A stretch of 26,654 nt of DNA, from positions 16,173,744 through 16,200,397 of the forward strand of contig NC_057719.1 in assembly GCF_004010195.1 (NCBI RefSeq), in the 5' to 3' direction. Position 1 is the first letter of the stretch, and each line of letters starts with the position of its first letter. The translations under genes and the position numbers were made by a program. This DNA is from Chiloscyllium plagiosum (taxonomy: Eukaryota). Below the pieces are notes generated by a model that saw only the letters and a list, made by a program, of their open reading frames with translations, was not told the DNA's origin and did no database searches. Below are positions 12,103-22,458 of the stretch, piece by piece.

Positions 12103-12429
12103 CTATCAAAGGCAGGTTTCATTCTGGAAGTAGACTTGCTCCGTTTCACCATCAGCTCAGATGAAATCTGTAGCTAGTGGTCAATATTTCTGGTGGGGAC
12201 TGAAGATAATGTTTCAGGTTTCCTGATATTTAGTTAGTAAAATTACTGCTCACCTAGTACCGAAAATTGCACAAACAGTTTGACAACTTAAAAACAGTAG
12301 CAGGGTCAAGAAAATGGGCCAAAAAAAAAGCAGGGCATTTGTTGTGATCAGACACTGAGTAATATTCCCTAAGTTATTATGCTTCCAGATGGGATACATT
12401 AAATTATCAAGCTACTGAGTCAGGAAGAA

Positions 12430-13575
12430 GAAAGAACAAAGAATCAATACAGCACAAGAACAGGCCCTTCAGCCAACATATTTTGCCCCTCCATACTGAA
12501 ACTGTCTTCACTTACAGGATCTGCATCCCTCTATTCCTTTCCTATTCATGTATTCATCCAAGTACATCTTAAGTGCTGCTATTGTGTCTGCTTCCACCAT
12601 CTCCTCTGATAGTGCATTCTAGGCACTCACTACCCTTTGTGTGAAAATCTGCCTCTTAAATCTTTTTTTAAACATTCCATCCCTCCACACTTTGAACTTG
12701 TGTCCCCTGATAATTGACCCCTCCACCCTGGGAAAGAGCCTATTATTTTCCATTCTATCCATGCCATTCACAATCTAATAAACTTCTATCAGGACCCCCT
12801 CAACCTTTGACGTTCCAGAGAAAACAAACCCAGTCTATCCAAGCTTTCTTTATAGCTAAAATCCCCCATACCAGTCAACATCCTGGTAAACCTTTTCTGT
12901 GCCCTCTCCAAAGCATCTACATCCTTCTGGTAGTATGGTGACCAGAACTGTATACAATATTCCAAGTGTGGCCTAACTGAAGTTTGATAAAATTACAGCA
13001 TAACTTGCCTATCCTGAAACTGAATGCCCCTTCCACTGAAGGCAAGTATGTCATAGGCCTGTTTTACTGCTTTATCTACCTGCGCTGTCACCTTCAGTGA
13101 TCTGTGGACCTGCACATCCAGATCCCTCTGCATATCAATGCTCTTAAGGGTTCTGCCATTCACTGTATAATTTTCACCTGTACTTGACTTTCCAAAATGT
13201 GTCACTTTACATTTGTCTGGATTAAACCGCATCTGCCACTTTCCACCCCCCATACCTCTAACTGATCTGTATCCTCTGATAATCCACCTCACTGTCCACA
13301 ACTCCACCAATCTTTGTACCATCTACAAACCTACTGATTAGACCAGCTACATTTTCCTCCAAATCATTTATGTGGAGCACAAACAGCAGAGGTCCCAGCA
13401 CTGATCCCTGTGGAACACCACTCGGCACAACCCTCCATTCCAAAAAGCATCCTTTCACCATTACCCTTTGTCTTCTATAACTTAACCAGTTCTGTATCCA
13501 TCTTGCCAGCTTACCCTGATACCATATGACTTCACGTTTTGTATCAGTCTGCCATGGGGGATCTTGTCAAAGGCC
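12430..13575 (-). mobile_element. 5'-truncated, disrupted CR1 LINE
   Basis: Minus strand AFDKIPHGRL, SGVPQGSVLGPLLF, FVDGTKIGG, QRDLDVQVHRSLK across several frames. 3' end caggcccttcagcc with tail aagaacaaagaa on +. Confidence 0.95.
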
Positions 13576-14089
13576 GAACTGGCTTCCTTTCTTTACTGAC
13601 CTGACTCCTCGATTGGCCACACCAAGGTTAATTTACACCCTTGTTTAACCTTTCTCCAAAACTAAATAAATTTATAAGCCAATTTCACGAGGCATTCTTG
13701 ATTTAGCAGATGAATGAACTTATCAGATACTAGAAAATAATAGGTGAACGCACATAATTGTTCATGAAGAATAAGTGAAAGAACAATGCAATGGTTTCAG
13801 TCATTGTACTGAGACCATTGATTTTGATAGCTGAAGAGTAGATTTTGATAATTGGCAGTAGTCAAAGTTAGACAGTGTATTTTTCTTTTCTTTAACTATG
13901 TTGAAGAGGTGCTCTCAAAATTGGAACATTCACAACATCCAGTCCAATACGGTAAGGTGCCACACCACTAACACTCGGAGGTCAGAGTTTAAGCTCATTT
14001 TTATCTGTTGAACCAATGCATCCATGAAAGGGGAAAAATGCAACAAGCCCAGATCCCTCTTTTTTTTAACCATAATCTTCACACATAGT

Positions 14090-14405
14090 GTTGTAGAACT
14101 GTACAGCATGGAAACAGACCCTTCAGTCCAACTCGCCCATGCTGACCAGATACCCTAAATTAATCTAGTCCCATTTGTCATCATTTGGCCCATATCCCTC
14201 TAAACTCTTCCTATTCATGCACCCATCCAGATGCCTTTCAAAATTGTAATTGTAACAGCCTTCACCACTTCCTCTGGCAGGTCATTCCAAACACACTCCA
14301 CTCTCTGTGTGAAAAAGTTGCCCCTTAGGTCCTTTTATATCTTTTCCCTCTCATCTTAAACCTATGCCCTCTAGTTCTGGACTCCCTTATCATGGGAAAA
14401 AGATC
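14090..14405 (-). mobile_element. CR1 3' fragment
   Basis: Highly similar to 23131-23416 (gtacagcatggaaacagacccttc...cctatgccctc). Confidence 0.88.
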
Positions 14406-14562
14406 ATGGCTATTCATCATAACCATCTGAGATACTTAGAGGGGATTACAGTTCAGTTTTTCATGAATTTGACAGCTGCAGGTCCTCCTGTTACTAGATA
14501 TTTTTATATTCTCTTCACTCAAACACTGTATTTAACATGTTATCCACTGTCCATAATCTCAT

Positions 14563-16789
14563 ACAGAACATAGAACATAGGAAAGTACAGCACAGAGCAA
14601 GCCCTTTAGCCCACGATGTTGTGCCGAGGTTTAATCATAATGTAAAATATAGTAACTTAAACTAAGCACCTCTCAACTCACTGCTATCCATGTGCATGTC
14701 CAGCAGTCGCTTAAATGTCCCCAATGACTCTGCTTCCACCACCACCACTGGCAATGCATTCCATGCATTCACAACTCTCTGCGTAAAGAACATACCTCTG
14801 ATGTCTCCTCTATACCTTTCTCCTAATATCTTAAAACTATGACCCCTCGTACCAGTCAATCTTGCCCTGGGGAAAAGTCTCTGGCTATTGACCCTATTTA
14901 TTCCTCTCATTATCTTGTATACCTCAATCAGGTCTCCTCTCTTCCTCCTTCTCTCCAGAGAGAAAAGTCTGAGCCTATTCAACCTTTCTTCATAAGGCAA
15001 GTTCTCTAATTCAGGCAGCATCCTGGTAAACCGTCTTTGCACCCTCTCCAAAGCCTCCAAATCTTTCCTATAGTAGGGCGACCAGAACTGGACACAATAT
15101 TCCAAGTGTGGTCTCACCAGGGTCTTGTAGAGCTGTAGCAAAACCTCACAGCTCTTAAACTCGATCCCCCTGTTAATGAAAGCCAAAACACCATATGCAT
15201 TCTTAACACTGCCAAGAATCCTGTCCATAATCCTATATTCAGCATTCGAGTTCAACCTTCCAAAATGCATCACTTCGCATTTATCCAGGTTGAACTCCAT
15301 CTGCCATTTCTCAGCCCAGCTCTGCATCCTGTCTATGTTACGCTGCAGTCTGCAATAGCTCTCGATACTATCGACAGCACCTCCAATCTTTGTGTCATCG
15401 GCAAATTTACTAACGCACCCCTCAACCTCCTCACCCAAGTGATTTATAAAGACTACAAAGAGCAGAGGCCCAAGAATAGAGCCCTGCAGGACCCCACTCA
15501 ACACTGACCTCCAGGCAGAATACTTTCCATCTACAACCACGCTCTGCCTTCTGTCAGCCAACCAATTCTGAATCCAGATAGCCAAATCTCCCTGTATTCC
15601 ATACCTCCTGACTTTATGAATGAGCCTATCAAATGCCTTGCTGAAGTCCATATACACCACATCTACTGCTCGACCTTCATTGGCCTGTCTTTCCACCTCT
15701 CGAAGAACTCAATAAGATTTGTGAGGTATGACCTGCCCTGCACAAAGCCATGCTGACTGCCTTCAATCATACTATGCTTTGCCAAATAATCATAAATCCT
15801 ATCCCTCAGAATTCTTTCCAAAACTTTGCTGGCCACAGACGTAAGACTGGCTGGTCTGTAATTGCCAGGGAACAACATTTGCCTCCCTCCAATCCTCTGC
15901 TATGACTCCCGTAGAGAGTGAGGAGGCAACAACCCTCGCCAGCAGCTTAGTAACCTCCTTTCTCGTTTCCTGCAACCTAGGAAAAATCTGGTCTGGCCCT
16001 GGGGACTTATCAATCTTAATACTTTCCAAAATTTCAAGCTCATCAACTTCATCAATCTTAACCTGGTCAAGCCTGTATCCCAGCTCCTCAAAGTTTTCAT
16101 TCCCAACAAGGTCCCTTTCCTTAGTGAAAACCGAAGCAAAAAACTCATTTAGGGCTCCCCCTATCTGCTCAGACTCCACGCACAAGTTCCCTACGCTATC
16201 CCTGATCGGCCCTACCTTCTCCCTGATCATTCTCTTATTCCTCACGTATGAGTAAGATGCCTTTGGGATCTCCCTAATCCTTCTTGCCAAGCCTTTTTCA
16301 TACCCCCTCCTGGCTCTCCTCAGTCCATTTCCGAGCTCCTTTCTAGTAAGCCTGTAATCCTCTAAAGCTGAGCTAGATCCTTGCATCCTCCACCTTACGT
16401 AAGCTGCCTTCTTCCTTTTGACGAGAAACTCCTCTGTTCTCGTCACCCAAGGTTCCTTAGTCTTTCCCCTTCTTACCTGTCTCAGAGGAACAAATTCATG
16501 CATCACTCGCAACAAATAGTCTCCACATGTCTGCTGTGCCCTTTCTGTGGAACAATTGCCCCCAGTCTGTACTTCCCAACTCCTGTCTGATAGCATCATA
16601 ATTTCCTTTTCCCCAATTAAATACCTTCCCTCGGTAACTGCTCCTTTCACTCTCCAAGGTTTGAGTAATATGAAGCAGTTGTGATCACTGTCACCAAAGT
16701 GTTCTCCCACCCTGAGATCTGACACCTGTCCTGACTCATTGCCGAGCACCAAATCCAAAATGGCCTCTCCCTCGTCGATCTGTCTACAT
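14563..16789 (-). mobile_element. 5'-truncated CR1 LINE (end of APE, RT domain, 3' UTR), pseudogenised
   Basis: ORFs 15799-16875, 15663-15878 and 14662-15696 give AILDLVLGN, SDHN, KSPGPDQI, NYRPASLTS, YMDFSKAFD, GVLQGSILGP, FADD. (TTCTATG)-type tail. 7-bp TSD atctcat at 14556-14562 and 16790-16796. Confidence 0.97.
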
Positions 16790-17082
16790 ATCTCATTTAG
16801 TACTAAGAGCAACATCACCCTACTTAAATCTGGAGACCCTGGAGGGTTAAGATTTAGGAAGAAATTGTGTAGCATCTAAAGTATCTAGTTGCTGAATATT
16901 AAAATTGGCTTGGGCTGTTGCCAACAACTGCTTGGAAATAAACATGCTTTATATTATTTGACAGAAGCTCCAATCATTAAGCCACACAAGATATGTAAAG
17001 ATAAACTCCCATTTGTAAAGAAATGCACATCAGCAATGCAGTTGCCCTGATTGCCAGAATGCCACAATATCAACCATCACTT

Positions 17083-17421
17083 GGGGCGGCACGGTGGCTC
17101 AGTGGTTAGCACTGCTGGCTCAGTGGTTAGCATTGCTGTCTCACAGCACCAGGGTCCCAGATTCAATTCCAGCCTCGGGTGACTGTCTGTGTGGGGTTTG
17201 CACATTCTCCCTGTGTCTGCATGGGTTTCCTCCGGATGCTCCGGTTTCTTCCCACGTCCAAAGATGTGTAGGTCAGGTGAATTGGCCATGCTAAATTGCC
17301 CATCGTGTTAGGTGCATTAGTCAGAGGGAAATGGGTCTGGGTGATTACTCTTCGGAGGGTCGGTGTGCTCTTGTTGGTCCGAAGGGCCTGTTTCCACACT
17401 ATAGGGAATCTAATCTAATCT
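17083..17421 (+). mobile_element. Full-length HE1-type V-SINE with duplicated A-box segment
   Basis: ggggcggcacggtggctcagtggttagc head, V-core, gaagggcctgtttccacact and (AATCT)3 tail. Confidence 0.93.
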
Positions 17422-18331
17422 TATAACCAAGGTTGGAGTGGTTCATTGCTTCCTTGTCGAGTCCCATTTCTTCATTGGTCACAACGTGTTTTAAATGCAA
17501 CCAGGTTGATAACACAGTCAATTATGTAGGTCTCAGGTTCAGTTTGAAGAACAAGTCAGTCAGGTTTCTTTGGTTAGCAAGTTCATTCAAACATACTCAA
17601 AAAAAATGTAAAGATTACTGACAAATAGTTTAGTCAAGCATTCTTTTAACTAATAAACACACACACAAATTTGACAAGGAACAAGAAAGAACTCTGAAGA
17701 GTTAAGTTTTAAGTACTGTAGCCAAGTTAAACTCATGAAAAAAGAATAAGACACAGATTGTCCCAAATGACATTCTGATCTGAAATTATTCTTGAGAGTG
17801 TAGTGCTGGAAAACACAGCAGGTCAAGCAGCATCCAAGGAGCAGGAGAGTCGACGTTTCGGGCAAAAGCCCTTCATCAATTATTCTGAAGTTATTTTGCA
17901 TACCCACAAGCTGCTGGCACAGTTGCATTTGACTGAATTTCCTTTGCTTCAGACAACAGGATAGATTCCAGGAATATGGAGTTCAGGAATTCTTCCAGTG
18001 TGGTAAAGATGACTTCGGTTAGGGTTTTCAGTTCAAACACTTCACTGAGAGGAGTTGCTAAGAAAGCAAGAGACAACAATAAGTTGTTGCTCTTAAGGCA
18101 GGTCAAATTCTCTCTCCCCAAGATCAAAAATGCTTATCCCACTCACAAATTGTGATCTCTGAGAACATTGTTCCGATTGAATGATCTGAGCTCCTAGTTC
18201 CTTGCAGATTGTTGCTGTTGTTCACAGTGTCTTCTTCTTAGCAAAGCATCCTCCGTTTAAAAGTTTAGGATGTATTTATATAGATCCACATAATTTTTAA
18301 AATGGTATTGGGATTACATGTCTTCATAACA
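17421..18331 (-). mobile_element. Probable solo LTR, interrupted by a Penelope fragment
   Basis: Right end ...CATAACA (18331) reads TGTTATG on the minus strand, as at 6138. Left end TTATAAC abuts the SINE tail. Confidence 0.5.
17793..17877 (-). mobile_element. Short Penelope pLTR fragment with truncated hammerhead core
   Basis: Minus strand (t)gatga-a-gggc-tttt-gccc-GAAACGTC-gactctcctgctccttggatgctgc, same family as 21837-22021. 9-bp TSD aattattct at 17784-17792 and 17878-17886. Confidence 0.85.
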
Positions 18332-18399
18332 CCACCATAACAATTCAACATGGCAAACTAGAGAGTTTAGTAGGCCAATGTATTCACTAGTAATGCAGC

Positions 18400-18660
18400 G
18401 ATGTCGTTCAACTTAAATAACTTTATTGCAAATGGAAATGGCAAAAGCTGACATGAGGTCATATTTATATTTAGATAGTGAATCCAAATCTGGAATGTGG
18501 TGCTACCTGAAAAAATTGGAGAAATAATGGAAGGGAAAGAACTTGCTGAACTATGGAGAAGGAGCGAGTGAATGGTGCTAATTGAATAGCTGTACCAAAT
18601 AGTTGACATAGGCACCATGGACTGAATGGGTTTCTTCTGTGCTGTGGCATTCTATGTTGT
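18400..18660 (+). mobile_element. Old CR1 3' end
   Basis: Ends atggactgaatgggtttcttctgtgctgtggcattctatg, a CR1-type terminus. Confidence 0.55.
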
Positions 18661-18705
18661 ATGGAGAACACAAGGTTGAAATCCAATAAGAGCACAAAGG
18701 ATCAT

Positions 18706-18870
18706 CATCATAGAATCATAGAATCCTGACAGTATGGAATCAGGCCATTCAGCCCATCAAGAGCACACACATCCTCTGAAAAGCATCTTACTGAGACCCA
18801 AGCACCTACCCTATCCCTGTAACCCTGCATTTCCCATGGCCTATTCACCTCAACTTCACACCTTTGGACT
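18706..18870 (-). mobile_element. 3' fragment of an HE1-related SINE
   Basis: catagaatcatagaatc tail, caggccattcagccca, and catggcctattcacct...ctttggact as in the HE1 copies. Confidence 0.7.
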
Positions 18871-18984
18871 AAATAAGAATAAATAAGGCAGCAGTGTCCT
18901 TGCAGGATAGTTCTCCCTAATGCCTTCCAGAACATTGACCAATTTATGTGTTGTAACACAGGTGATATTAAAAGAACTTTTAAA

Positions 18985-19715
18985 GAAATCCAAGCCAATG
19001 ACATTTATTTCAGAATGCTGAGACCAAAGGAGGATTTATGAGGAACTGACAATCATTGTGAGGAGATGCTAGTTTGTCTGAAACGGTCCCCCCTCAAAAC
19101 TACATCCAATAAAAGACCAGAGCAACCATTGGGTCAACACCAGACTTTGAGTCTTATCAGATGCACTATTGAGGATTGTTCCTCATGGGCAGGGGCAAAG
19201 TTTCAACATAAATCAAATAGGAAGGCAGCAGAGGGAGTAGAAGGTACTTGGGAGACCCACAAACTCTGAATTTCCAGCCAGAATGTTGAATTTCAGAGCC
19301 AAGACCGTACAACACAAGTTGGAACAAGTTTTCATCAAACTGTACAGTGCTGTATTAAAAGTGCCCCTTAGGAAACATTCAAAAATTGGGCTAGTGACAA
19401 AACAAATAACCAATCCCTTATGTCAGAGTTATGAAGAAAATCAAAAGAAATCTGAGACTTTCAATTTTGGAAGGATACATTTGAGAGATGATCTTACAGA
19501 AATGGAAAAATAGTAAATAATATAGAAAAAATATTTTTAATTGATTTGCAAAAACAGGGCAAGGTCACGCAGGTATTAAAGGGTAAATGTAGGACTGAGA
19601 GCAGGAAGATTTTCTTTGAAGACTGAGTTGCTAACACACCAAATGGATGTTCTGATAGAGCGGAGCATGCAATGTTCCTTCTGTGATTTATGAGTAAACT
19701 GAATGTTGCAATGGG
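18985..19715 (+). pseudogene. Very old CR1 ORF2 remnants
   Basis: ORF 19283-19513 (MLNFRAKTVQHK..IKLYSA; SYEE..LRDDLTE) parallels the CR1 motifs LAFINRGIEFK..LQLYKTL and YEERL..RGDLIE. Confidence 0.5.
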
Positions 19716-19717
19716 TT

Positions 19718-20240
19718 TTGATCTGATTTATTTATTGTTGTCACATGGACAATGAAAAGTTTTGTTTTCTGAGCATTACAGGCAGATCATATCATACAAA
19801 GATATACAGATCACAGGGTGTTTAGACAAAGCAAGGCATACAAGTTTATAGTCACACAGGACGTGAACAAAAGCAAGATCGACATTAGATTTGAAATTAG
19901 AGAAGTGTATTCAGCAGTCTATTAACAGCAGGGAGGAAGCTGTTCTTTAACCTGTTGGTGCATGTGTTGAAGCATCTGTATCATCTGCCTGATGGAAAAG
20001 GTTGGAAGAGCATATTATCGAGGTAGGAGGGGTCTTTGATGGCATTGGCAGCTTTTCCATGGCAATGGCATGTGGCGATGGAATCTGCAGATGGGAAGTT
20101 GGCTTTTGTGATGATCTGAGCTGTGTGCACAACTCTCTGTATTTTCTTACGGTCCTGGCCAGAGCAGTTGCCAGATAAATGCTTTCTATGGTGCAACTGT
20201 AAAAGTTGGTGAGGGTCCTAATGGATTTGTCGAATTTTCA
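19718..20240 (-). mobile_element. Rex1/Babar-clade LINE 3' fragment
   Basis: Minus strand NFYSCTIES..GNCSGQDRKKIQRVVHTAQII..IKDPS..LFQPFPSGR*YR..TNRLKNSFLP, the typical Rex1 C-terminus. AATAAA and short repeat tail near 19720-19736. Confidence 0.85.
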
Positions 20241-20329
20241 ATTTACTTTAATCTTAATCTAAATGAAGAAGCTGAGATAGGTAAATTGGACAGCTCTGTC
20301 TGGAACTACTGCGTGGATATCCTCACGAT

Positions 20330-20550
20330 ATCTGGTCAAGCATGGAAGGTGCCTGCTGATTATTACCCATCATCTCCACTCTGCTGATGAATCACTACTA
20401 CCCCATGTTGAACACCATTTAGAGAATGTACCGAGGGTGGTAAGGGTGTGAGACTTTCAATGTCTATCACTAAGAGTGGCTAAGCAGCACCACTGCTGAC
20501 CGAGCAGGATAAGCCCTCAAGGACATAGTAATAAGACTGAGATACTAATA
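20330..20550 (+). pseudogene. Decayed AP-endonuclease fragment of a further non-LTR family
   Basis: Remnants SADESLLPHVEHHLE, FNVYH*EWLSSTTADRAG*ALKDI. Confidence 0.6.
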
Positions 20551-20557
20551 AGTGATT

Positions 20558-21137
20558 AAAACATAAAAAATAGGTGCCGGAATAGGTCATTCATCCAATT
20601 TAGTGCACTCTGCCATTCAATATGATCATGGCTAACTGTCCATCTCATTGCCATATTCCCACTTTCTTCCCAAACTTCTAGAAATCTATTTCTCTCTTAA
20701 ATAAATTCAGTAACTTGGAGTCTACAGCCTTCCACAATAGAGAATTACACAGGTTCACCAACTTCTGTATGAGGAAATTTCTTCTCATCTCAGGCCAAAA
20801 TGGTCTGTCACATATCCCAAGATAGTGGCCTGTTGTTCTGGAACGCCTACCTACTTGGGGTTTATTATCCCTGTGTCTAGTCTGTCCAGCCCTGTCAGAA
20901 TTTATATGTTCCAGTTAGATTCCCTATCATTCTTCTAAACTTAATGAATCTGGATCCAATTGACCTAATGTATCCTCCTGGGACATACCTACTATCTCAG
21001 GAATTGGTCTGGTGAATCTTTGCTGCACTTTGTCTATGGCAAGTGTATCGCTTCTTGGCTAAGGAGACCAAAACACCAGATGTGGTCTCACTAATGCCCT
21101 ATACAGCTTCAATAACACTTTCTTGCTCCTGCACTCA
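20558..21137 (-). mobile_element. Decayed CR1 3' portion
   Basis: ccattcaatatgatcatggct 3' UTR; ccagatgtggtctcactaatgccctatacag encodes LYRALVRPHL on the minus strand. Confidence 0.8.
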
Positions 21138-21836
21138 GACCAGCCTGTGCCCCAATAACTATACAAGGAGAAGCAAGAAAACGGTGTCTTTCTTAGGCAC
21201 ATTTTCACTTCGCAATGGCAGTGTTTTTTTTGTCAAATGCAGCAACGCTGATATTCTTTCCCCATTTTGGATTTGGGCTTTGGATACATGTAATGCACTT
21301 GAAATGCTCACATTTAATGCCTCACTTATTAAATTGGTTATAGTTATTTTGCTTCATCTGTGTCAGCTGGAGGGGAATGTAAAGTCAGTTGTTATGATTC
21401 TATCGCTTGCTCTACATATTCTTCAAACTTGCTATAAATATTAACTTTATTGTCTGACATTAAGTCATTTTCCAGACTTTCTAGTCCTTTTCCAACAGAG
21501 AGGCAGGTTTACTTTTCCAGAACATGTTGTGTTTTCCCAGATGTTCCAATCTCTGAACAGTAAGTGACATTGAAAGTTGGTTGTACCCTACAAGGTACCC
21601 CTTGAGGCCACTTAGTGGATCCAAAGCAGTTGGGAGCAGGAATTGCCCAAAATGTTTTAAACTGACTTGCATCATGAACACTTCAAAATTCTCCAGCTCT
21701 GAGGAGATATTAGAGAGTTCTGATTATTTATCTGGACAGTTACCCAGGAAGTGTTGGATGAATGAAAAAACTATTCTAATACCTGAGTAACTATACATCT
21801 GGTCCCCAGCTCCCCACTAGACTCCATTATCACCAT

Positions 21837-22021
21837 GCTGAAAATGTGTTGCTGGAAAAGCGCAGCAGTTGAGGCAGCATCCAAGGAACCTCCATTCCTG
21901 AAGAAGGGCTTATGCCCGAAACATCGATTCTCCTGTTCCTTGGATGCTGCCTGACCTGCTGCACTTTTCCAGCAACACATTTTCAGCTCTGATCTCCAGC
22001 ATCTGCAGTCGTCCCTTTCTC
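21837..22021 (+). mobile_element. Penelope-derived fold-back insertion with hammerhead core in the loop
   Basis: 53-bp inverted arms 21837-21889 and 21935-21987. CTGAAGA 21898-21904, stem GGGC-ttat-GCCC, GAAACATC 21918-21925. Perfect 15-bp TSD ctccattatcaccat at 21822-21836 and 22022-22036. Confidence 0.9.
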
Positions 22022-22134
22022 CTCCATTATCACCATTCCTCTTTCTTGAACTGACTAACTACTTCCAACCTCCCAACTACTATCTGACTATTCCTCCAAC
22101 TCAATTACCTCCCATGACCCTCAATTACCTCTAT

Positions 22135-22342
22135 GAGATGAAGAGAAATTTCCTCATGCAGAAGTTGGTGAACCTGTTTCACAATTCTCTATTGTGGAAA
22201 GCAGTAGAGGCTAAGTCACTGAATATATTTAAGAGAGAAATAGATTTCAAGAAGCTAAAGATGTCAAGGAGTTTGAGAAGGAAGTGGGAGTATAGCACTG
22301 AGATGGACAATTAGCCATGATCATATTGAATAGTGGAATGGT
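22135..22342 (+). mobile_element. CR1 3' fragment
   Basis: EMKRNFLMQKLVNL..AVEAKSLNIFKREID followed by the agccatgatcatattgaat 3' UTR. Confidence 0.8.
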
Positions 22343-22406
22343 TACACCCTCATCTAGCTGACATCCTACTCTCTCACCCAAACTACCACCTCAAGCATTA
22401 GCTTAC

Positions 22407-22458
22407 CTTCTCTTTGTAATTTCTCAAAGAGGCTGTGGATATTTGATCTATTTCCATA
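22407..22458 (-). other. Candidate 52-nt internal exon of an unidentified minus-strand transcript
   Basis: Acceptor cctttttcctatttctgtattccag and donor AAG|GTAAGC in non-repeat sequence; two frames open. Confidence 0.4.

Larger units (their letters stand above)
9646..12169 (+). mobile_element. Possible decayed solo LTR (outer), interrupted at 10196-10360 and 10587-12102
   Basis: Non-L2 block inside the L2 with AATAAA at ~10477 and ~10551, continuing after 12102 as ctatcaaaggcaggtttcattctgg...ccatcagct. Termini are degenerate and boundaries approximate. Confidence 0.45.
8557..12290 (-). mobile_element. Old L2-clade LINE 3' portion, split into ~8557-9025, 9224-9300, 9516-9645 and 12170-12290 by nested insertions
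   Basis: L2-type 3' end (cgcatttacatagcaccttt on +). Minus-strand remnants SSNSGLLS and PKFWNS. The purine-rich antisense character resumes after each insert. The last two segments are less certain. Confidence 0.6.

Noticed and set aside
14662..15696. 344-aa RT ORF as an active or domesticated gene, or a retron/defence RT
   Set aside because: Ordinary CR1 RT, 5'-truncated and frameshifted, with conserved segments deleted.
17891..18127. 78-aa leucine-rich ORF
   Set aside because: Lies inside a probable solo LTR; non-ATG start, no splice support, no recognisable domain.
21043..21444. 133-aa ORF
   Set aside because: Starts with GTG inside an antisense CR1 remnant; no recognisable domain.
22037..22132. 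C-rich low-complexity tract with repeated ctcaattacctc
   Set aside because: Short and degenerate, with no interpretable structure.
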